From NCBI GenBank assembly GCA_041736175.1, contig JBGSUI010000232.1:1-16116 (forward strand): 16,116 nucleotides of DNA, given 5' to 3'. Origin of the DNA: Oligoflexales bacterium. Its GTDB lineage: Bacteria > Bdellovibrionota_B > Oligoflexia > Oligoflexales > CAIYRB01. The position numbers were made by a program, and so were the translations under genes. How positions within the stretch are numbered: position 1 is the stretch's first letter; each line of letters begins with the position of its first letter. Shown here piece by piece: positions 7,783-16,116 of this stretch. A model generated the notes under the pieces. That model was not told the origin of the DNA, did not search any database, and worked only from the letters and a program-made list of their open reading frames with translations.

Positions 7783-8367
7783 ATGGCAGGAAGAGTTCCT
7801 TTTCTAAGCTATGATCAAATGGCGAAAATAGCCTCCGATTTTCTTCAAAGATTCGATTATGAAAATTCCCCTCCTATTGATATTGAGTTGGTATTGGAGA
7901 GTTCAGGGCTTGTGCTTGTCCCAATGAAGAATCTATTTCGAAACTATGGCATCGATGGGTTTTTATCGGCAGATCTGAAGCATATTTATGTCGATGAACA
8001 TCAATATATGCACAGCATGAGCTTGAGGTTTAGATTTACGCTTGCACATGAGATAGCTCACTCTATCGCCCATCGTTCATTACTGACCACTCTAGGGGTA
8101 AAGGAACCAGCAGATGCGGATGGTGGGCTCAGAGGATTGTCTCAACCAGAGTACGACGCCATGGAATTTCAGGCGAATATGATTGGTGGAATGATTTTAG
8201 TGCCTGAGGTTGATCTGATTCAGCAAGTTAGACAGATTATTGGTTTGCTTGGTCAGTTTGATTCCATTGACGAAAAAATCGACCAAGCAGCAATTCTGCT
8301 CTGCAGGCGCTACAAAGTTAGCAAGGATGTAGTCGCAATTCGTATCAAGTATGAAGAAATCATTTAG
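7783..8367 (+). CDS. ImmA/IrrE family zinc metallo-endopeptidase (COG2856-like)
   Basis: PPIDIE, IDGFL, IYVD, RFRFTLAHEIAH (HExxH), EFQANMIGGMILVP and C-terminal YKVS..V.IR; 3-nt gap after the HTH gene. Confidence 0.9.
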   Translation: MAGRVPFLSYDQMAKIASDFLQRFDYENSPPIDIELVLESSGLVLVPMKNLFRNYGIDGFLSADLKHIYVDEHQYMHSMSLRFRFTLAHEIAHSIAHRSLLTTLGVKEPADADGGLRGLSQPEYDAMEFQANMIGGMILVPEVDLIQQVRQIIGLLGQFDSIDEKIDQAAILLCRRYKVSKDVVAIRIKYEEII

Positions 8368-8473
8368 AAAAATGTTTATTGCTTAAACGGCATAAAAATG
8401 ATAAACGACGTTACTCTTTGCGGCGGGCTAGATGAAGCCGCTTTACCCAATCTCAAAAAATCAAGGGCCTCTT

Positions 8474-9334
8474 ATGGAACCGCTTCGTATTCAAAAATGG
8501 ATCGCCCAGCTGGGTATGGCGTCCCGTAGGGAAGCGGAGCGATGGATCGTAGAAGGCCGCGTAAGGGTAAATGGCCAGGTATGTAGCCTCGGTTCTAAAA
8601 TCGATGTGGACGAAGATCTAGTATCTATCGATGGCAAACCGATCTTGAAAAAAGCTAATCCTCCCAAAATATATTGGATGCTGCATAAACCCGATGGAGT
8701 TTTAACTTCTCGGGTTGATGGTTTTCAGCGGCCGACGATCTACGACTTGCCAAAACTACGGAAACTGCCATTTTTGGTGTCACCCGTTGGACGTTTGGAT
8801 TTTCGTACCGAAGGAATGCTGCTTCTGACTAACGATGGAGAGCTGGCAAACCAGTTAACCCATCCTCGGAGCAAAGTCCCCAGACACTACCATGTCCTGA
8901 TTTCGGGTCGACTCTCTAAAGAACAAGAGACCAAGATCAGCAGCGGTACCTTGGAGCTGGAAGACGGTCCTGTCAAACAAGCGCACATCCGCTATGCCCA
9001 TCGCCATCCCCTCGGAGCGTCCTCAGGATCTTGGTATATGCTGACTGTCTACGAGGGGCGCAACCGCATCGTGCGGCGTATCTTCAAGTCCCTTGGCTTT
9101 AAAGTGGTTCGCCTAATCCGCGTCGGAATGGGCGATCTGCGGATGCCCGAGCAATTGGGTCCGGGAGACTACTGCCAACTCAACAAAGATCAGATTGAGA
9201 GCCTTAAACGCGCCGTGGGAGCCTTTCGCCCGCGCTCCCGAAGACCCCAAGAGGAGCCCACCTCCGGGTCTTTGACTCCTGATCTTCCCGCCAAAAGGCG
9301 ACTTCTTCTCAGCCAGGATGGCCCCGTGGCCTAG
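8474..9334 (+). CDS. rluB: rRNA pseudouridine synthase, RsuA/RluB family with S4 domain
   Basis: S4 domain (RIQKWIAQLGMASRREAE), HKPDG, PVGRLD catalytic Asp and EGRNRIVRR; the scpAB-rluB context supports rluB. ATG 8474 (AAGGG upstream) is preferred over 8432. Confidence 0.88.
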   Translation: MEPLRIQKWIAQLGMASRREAERWIVEGRVRVNGQVCSLGSKIDVDEDLVSIDGKPILKKANPPKIYWMLHKPDGVLTSRVDGFQRPTIYDLPKLRKLPFLVSPVGRLDFRTEGMLLLTNDGELANQLTHPRSKVPRHYHVLISGRLSKEQETKISSGTLELEDGPVKQAHIRYAHRHPLGASSGSWYMLTVYEGRNRIVRRIFKSLGFKVVRLIRVGMGDLRMPEQLGPGDYCQLNKDQIESLKRAVGAFRPRSRRPQEEPTSGSLTPDLPAKRRLLLSQDGPVA

Positions 9335-9609
9335 GTGATCTGGAAGAGTCGTCTGGTCAAAACTTGACCTCCTCACTTTGGAGTGAAGCTAGGGGAGTTT
9401 CATGGATTTGTTTTTTTAAAAGTAGCAAAAACCCGATCACAAGGCAGGCTAAAACTATGATTTTAAGGCTGGGGCTTTGGCTATCCTGGGTCATGGGTTT
9501 TTCCATCCTCGATCTTTTGGTGTCGAAGATCTATCTATGCATTTTTCGGGCCAGGTTATTTTTCGAGAAGGATCCGCTCAAAGGGGTGTCCCTTGGCCCA
9601 AAATCAAAG

Positions 9610-9637
9610 CACCCTGTGGTTGATTTGCCACAGGGTG
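9610..9637 (-). terminator. Intrinsic terminator candidate between convergent genes, possibly bidirectional
   Basis: Perfect 10-bp stem CACCCTGTGG-ttgatttg-CCACAGGGTG, followed on the minus strand by CTTTGATTT, about 56 nt after the lipoprotein stop. Confidence 0.65.
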
Positions 9638-9693
9638 GATTTCTAAAGCAGAAAAGGTGTGTCTTTTTTAACGCATATTCGTGAGTTGCTGAA

Positions 9694-10335
9694 TTACTGC
9701 CAAGGGATCCCAGGTTGTGAGCGGGGGACGCCGGCTTTTGACATGCCTTCTTTTGCGACATACATCCCCGTAGCAAGTTTGTGCCAGCCATTCTCCTCCC
9801 AGGTGACAGGGTGATCGCCTTGTTCGAGCGTAGCGACCGGTGATCCACCAGGTGCATTGACGACTTGGGTTCCACCTGATCTGGCGTAAAGGACTCGGCC
9901 TCCCGCCTGAGGGGCCGAATCAGGATTGGCTGGAGCGGCCGGAGGGGCTTCAACGACGGGTGGTGGTGGAGGTGGGGTATTGGCGATATTTGAGGGTAAA
10001 GGAGGTGCCTGTTCGGGAGGGGGTTCGTTAGAGGGTGGTGGAACGTTGGCGCTTGGGTTGTTGGCAAGAGCACTGTTGGTTTCAGCCCCCTCTGCCGCTT
10101 CATTGCCTCCTTCGCCTTCTTCGCCATCGACAAAATTCTCCTGACCATTGCCCTCGGCAGCATCATCTGCGCCAAGGTTGCCCTGTTGGTTAGTTCCTTC
10201 TAGACCTTCTTCTGTCTCCTGCTGGCCTGAGCACGCATAAAGCGCGGTTGCAAACAAAAGAATTAGGAACTTCCAGAGTGTTGAGTGACTGAAAAAATAA
10301 GCATTACCTGGGTTGATTGATGTTGGTCGATTCAA
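9694..10335 (-). CDS. Lipoprotein with acidic/Pro-rich disordered linker and C-terminal SH3b-like domain
   Basis: AGGAGG RBS before TTG; hydrophobic segment and LYAC lipobox; E/G/N-rich then polyproline region; C-terminal V.N.P..SPVATLEQGD..V..EENGW.K...G.YV pattern of bacterial SH3 domains. Confidence 0.75.
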   Translation of the reverse strand: MNRPTSINPGNAYFFSHSTLWKFLILLFATALYACSGQQETEEGLEGTNQQGNLGADDAAEGNGQENFVDGEEGEGGNEAAEGAETNSALANNPSANVPPPSNEPPPEQAPPLPSNIANTPPPPPPVVEAPPAAPANPDSAPQAGGRVLYARSGGTQVVNAPGGSPVATLEQGDHPVTWEENGWHKLATGMYVAKEGMSKAGVPRSQPGIPWQ

Positions 10336-10405
10336 GGTGGTCGCCTCCTGAAGAGCTGTCTGGTTGAAGCCAGAGTCTCACTTTAAAATTCCATTGATCA
10401 CTTTT

Positions 10406-10432
10406 CCATCGGTCAAAACTATAAAAGCTTTA
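10406..10432 (-). promoter_or_regulatory. Sigma-28 (FliA)-like promoter for the SH3 lipoprotein gene
   Basis: Minus strand reads TAAA-N15-ACCGATGG versus consensus TAAA-N15-GCCGATAA; about 70 nt upstream of the start codon. Confidence 0.55.
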
Positions 10433-10582
10433 GCTCTGAAGGATTTTATTAATCAACAAGTACTTTTTGATAAATACTCATTTAGCTCAAAGACCAAGAC
10501 ATGATGGAGTTGGGATTTAACAAAAAATTCAGTGCATATTTATTATTTCTCGTGAGCCGCGATCTGTGTTACTCCATGTGGA

Positions 10583-10668
10583 TGCCAGGGGTGTCCATGT
10601 ATGGACTGAGAGGGCCTAACCGCCTAACCCTTAGAACCTGATCTGGGTGAGACCAGCGGAGGAAGGCC
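10583..10668 (+). ncRNA. TPP riboswitch aptamer (THI element)
   Basis: AGGGGTG...CTGAGA...ACCCttagAACCTGATCTGGgtgagaCCAGCGgAGGAAG conserved core; P3 stem GTCCAT/ATGGAC; directly upstream of thiC. Confidence 0.95.
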
Positions 10669-10680
10669 AAAAAATGATAA

Positions 10681-13778
<3,098 letters not shown>

Positions 13779-13942
13779 GGGGAGTACAAATTTAGCAGAG
13801 ATCCTAAAAAAAATGGGTTATGAAAGCTCTCTGGTAGCCATTGCGGTCAACGAAGAGTTTGTCCCCAAGGGAAGATGGCAATCTTTTTATTTAAAAAACG
13901 GCGACCGATTGGAAGTTTTGGCTCCCATGGTAGGAGGTTAGC

Positions 13943-14761
13943 GTGGTGACAAATATCAAACATGAAATAAATAATGGGTCTGAGGACTTATGGACAGTCT
14001 ATGGAACTACGCTACAAAGTCGTCTGTTTTTGGGAACAGCGGGGTACCCTTCCCTGGACGTGATGCGGCATGCCATCGAAACCTCGGGAGCCCAGGTGAT
14101 CACGGTTTCCTTAAGGCGGGAGCAAGCCCACGGGTCTGGGACAAGCCCTTTTTGGACCTTCATTAAAGATTTGCCGGCGCGGATCTTGCCTAATACCGCT
14201 GGCTGTCGCACGGTTAAGGAGGCGGTGACGACAGCCCATATGGCAAGAGATCTCTTTGATACCCCCTGGATCAAACTCGAAGTGATTGGCGATGACTACA
14301 CGCTCCAGCCAGATCCTTTTGCTCTGGTCGAAGCCGCAAGAGTCCTATGTTTAGAGGGATTTGAGGTTTTTCCCTACACCACCGATGATCTGATTGTGGG
14401 CCAAAAATTGGTGGACGCGGGATGCCGTGTCCTAATGCCGTGGGCTTCTCCTATCGGTACGGGACGGGGGCTCGCCAATCCATCTGCCCTGGCAGCCATG
14501 CGTCAGAGGTTTGCAACGATCCCCTTAGTGATTGACGCCGGAATCGGTCGACCTTCCCATGGTGTGATCGCGATGGAGATGGGGTTTGATGGGCTCTTGC
14601 TCAATACGGCTGTAGCCCGTGCAGCCAAACCAATCCCCATGGCCGAGTCTTTTGCTTTAGCGGTCAAAGCCGGGCGCCAAGGGTTTTTAAGTGGATTGAT
14701 GGAACCCCGGTACGGAGCGGTCCCCAGCACCCCTGATTTAGGTTTGCCCTATCTCAGGTAA
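13943..14761 (+). CDS. thiG: Thiazole synthase ThiG
   Basis: SRLFLGT, PNTAGC, WIKLEVI (active Lys), [10 protein letters not shown] and DAGIG; the SD AGGAGG is formed by the thiS Gly-Gly codons. Confidence 0.97.
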   Translation: MVTNIKHEINNGSEDLWTVYGTTLQSRLFLGTAGYPSLDVMRHAIETSGAQVITVSLRREQAHGSGTSPFWTFIKDLPARILPNTAGCRTVKEAVTTAHMARDLFDTPWIKLEVIGDDYTLQPDPFALVEAARVLCLEGFEVFPYTTDDLIVGQKLVDAGCRVLMPWASPIGTGRGLANPSALAAMRQRFATIPLVIDAGIGRPSHGVIAMEMGFDGLLLNTAVARAAKPIPMAESFALAVKAGRQGFLSGLMEPRYGAVPSTPDLGLPYLR

Positions 14762-14806
14762 GAATCTGTTATGAATTGGTTTGTGTTTATGAAAGGTGGC
14801 ATAGAC

Positions 14807-15982
14807 ATGATGGAGTATCGACCGATATTGTGGCTTATGGGTGGTTTGGATCCTTTGGGAGCCTCAGGAGTATCCCTTGATCTCCGTATCGTTGCACAAC
14901 GACCTGTCCATCCCTGTGTCCTCGTGACGCGCCTAACCGTCCAAACGTTGACGTCGTTTGATGGAGACCAGCAGGCGGTTAACCCTCTTTTTTTAGCCCA
15001 ATGTATAAGCCTAAAAGCCGCTCACCCGCCACGGGCCGTCAAACTGGGAATGCTCGGCACCGAAGCCCAGTGGGACCAACTTTTAGAGGTGCTCTCGGGA
15101 CTTGATTGTCCTTTGGTTTTTGACCCCATAATCAGCACGAGCTCTGGTACCAAAGTGCTTAGTGATGACCTTCTCCATAAAGTCATCCGTGATCTGTTGC
15201 CAAAGGTTAGTTTAGTGACCCCCAATCTTAGGGAAGCAGAACTTCTTGTGGGCTTTAAAATCTCAACGGAACATGATTTTGTGAGAGCCGCTAAAAAAAT
15301 GGGATCCTATGGGGTTCAAGCCGTTTTCATAAAAGGAGGTCACTGGGTTCCCGATGGAGAAGCTGACGAGATCCGCGGATTTTATTGGGATGGGCAACAG
15401 GGGTTTTGGCTAATTACGAAACGCCAACCCCACTCCTGTCGAGGGACAGGGTGTGCTTTAAGCTCCTTGATTGCAGCAGAGTTGTGTCATGGAACTTCAA
15501 TGATCGACAGTCTTGTGATCGGACAAAGACAGCTTGATCTGGCTTATCGCCGGGCTTATCACCCCAAAAATCTGCACGGGGCGCTTCCGAGACTCTTACC
15601 GACACCGAGAGGAGACGAGTTTTGCTTGGCTCATCGGATGATCCCCTACCAGTACGGTCAAAGGGAAAGAGTAGAATTTCCAAAAGTGGGTGGAGGGCTC
15701 GGGTCAGTAGATGACGCCTTGGGTTTCTATCCCATCGTCCCCTCGTTTGAATGGGTCCGTCGGCTTGGTGACTTGGGGGTTAAGACCATTCAGTTACGCG
15801 TGAAACATATGGAGACAACGCAGCTGGAACAAGTTATCAAACAATCGGTCGCCTATGCCCAGACAAAGGGAGTGCGCCTATTTATCAACGACTACTGGTT
15901 TCTGGCGGTAAAATACCAAGCCTATGGGGTGCACTTGGGTCAAGAAGACCTAGCGGCATTGGACTATAGCCAGCTCTTATAG
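14807..15982 (+). CDS. thiD: HMP/HMP-P kinase ThiD fused to a C-terminally truncated thiamine-phosphate synthase (ThiE) domain
   Basis: ThiD: GLDPLGASG, AVKLGML, FDP, TPNLREA, IKGGH, RGTGCALSS. ThiE part from 15719: LGFYPIV, IQLRVK, LFINDYW, GVHLGQEDL, then a stop after about 87 aa. ATG 14807 has the SD AAAGGTGG; the ORF extends to 14771. Confidence 0.9.
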   Translation: MMEYRPILWLMGGLDPLGASGVSLDLRIVAQRPVHPCVLVTRLTVQTLTSFDGDQQAVNPLFLAQCISLKAAHPPRAVKLGMLGTEAQWDQLLEVLSGLDCPLVFDPIISTSSGTKVLSDDLLHKVIRDLLPKVSLVTPNLREAELLVGFKISTEHDFVRAAKKMGSYGVQAVFIKGGHWVPDGEADEIRGFYWDGQQGFWLITKRQPHSCRGTGCALSSLIAAELCHGTSMIDSLVIGQRQLDLAYRRAYHPKNLHGALPRLLPTPRGDEFCLAHRMIPYQYGQRERVEFPKVGGGLGSVDDALGFYPIVPSFEWVRRLGDLGVKTIQLRVKHMETTQLEQVIKQSVAYAQTKGVRLFINDYWFLAVKYQAYGVHLGQEDLAALDYSQLL

Positions 15983-16037
15983 GTCTACGCACATGAAAAG
16001 ATAGATTTTAGTTTTTTCCGTGGTATAATGAAAGTTT

Positions 16038-16116
16038 TTATTCAATCTCATCAATTTTAGACTCATTTTCCCAAAATTCGTCCTCTATCTCTCTGATTTT
16101 TTTAACTAATTTCATG
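16038..16116 (-). CDS. Probable 3' end of a convergent gene in AT-rich DNA
   Basis: Minus-strand frame MKLVKKIREIEDEFWENESKIDEIE-stop (TAA at 16040-16038) runs to the window edge; no motif. Confidence 0.35.
   Translation of the reverse strand, partial: MKLVKKIREIEDEFWENESKIDEIE

Noticed and set aside
9364..9684. 106-aa plus-strand ORF
   Set aside because: TTG start without an RBS, no motifs, and it runs through the terminator hairpin.
9531..10175. 214-aa minus-strand ORF
   Set aside because: An alternative frame of the low-complexity lipoprotein gene, which has the RBS, lipobox and domain signal.
16021..16029. Extended -10 motif TGGTATAAT
   Set aside because: Lies in AT-rich DNA with no plus-strand gene visible downstream in the window; cannot be supported as a promoter.

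Overview
Bacterial chromosomal segment of moderate GC with short AT-rich ends. The gene content and sigma-28-like promoters suggest a Bdellovibrionota/Oligoflexia-like organism, but this is inference only. Left to right: (1) a protein-kinase-fold gene with a lipoprotein-like leader, split by a +1 frame change at CTT-TGA right after the Gly-rich loop; (2) a minus-strand cluster of a LuxE-LuxC fusion, a SprT-like metalloprotease and an M14 zinc carboxypeptidase; (3) scpA-scpB-rluB, interrupted between scpB and rluB by an AT-richer XRE-HTH + ImmA/IrrE cassette whose leader is rich in inverted repeats; (4) a Pro-rich SH3-like lipoprotein; (5) a TPP riboswitch leading thiC-thiO-thiS-thiG-thiD/E, with the ThiE domain cut off where AT-rich DNA begins. 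No tRNA, rRNA, CRISPR array, integrase or transposase was seen. The best candidates for novelty are the frameshifted exported kinase, the LuxE-LuxC fusion, and the HTH/metallopeptidase cassette with its structured leader.
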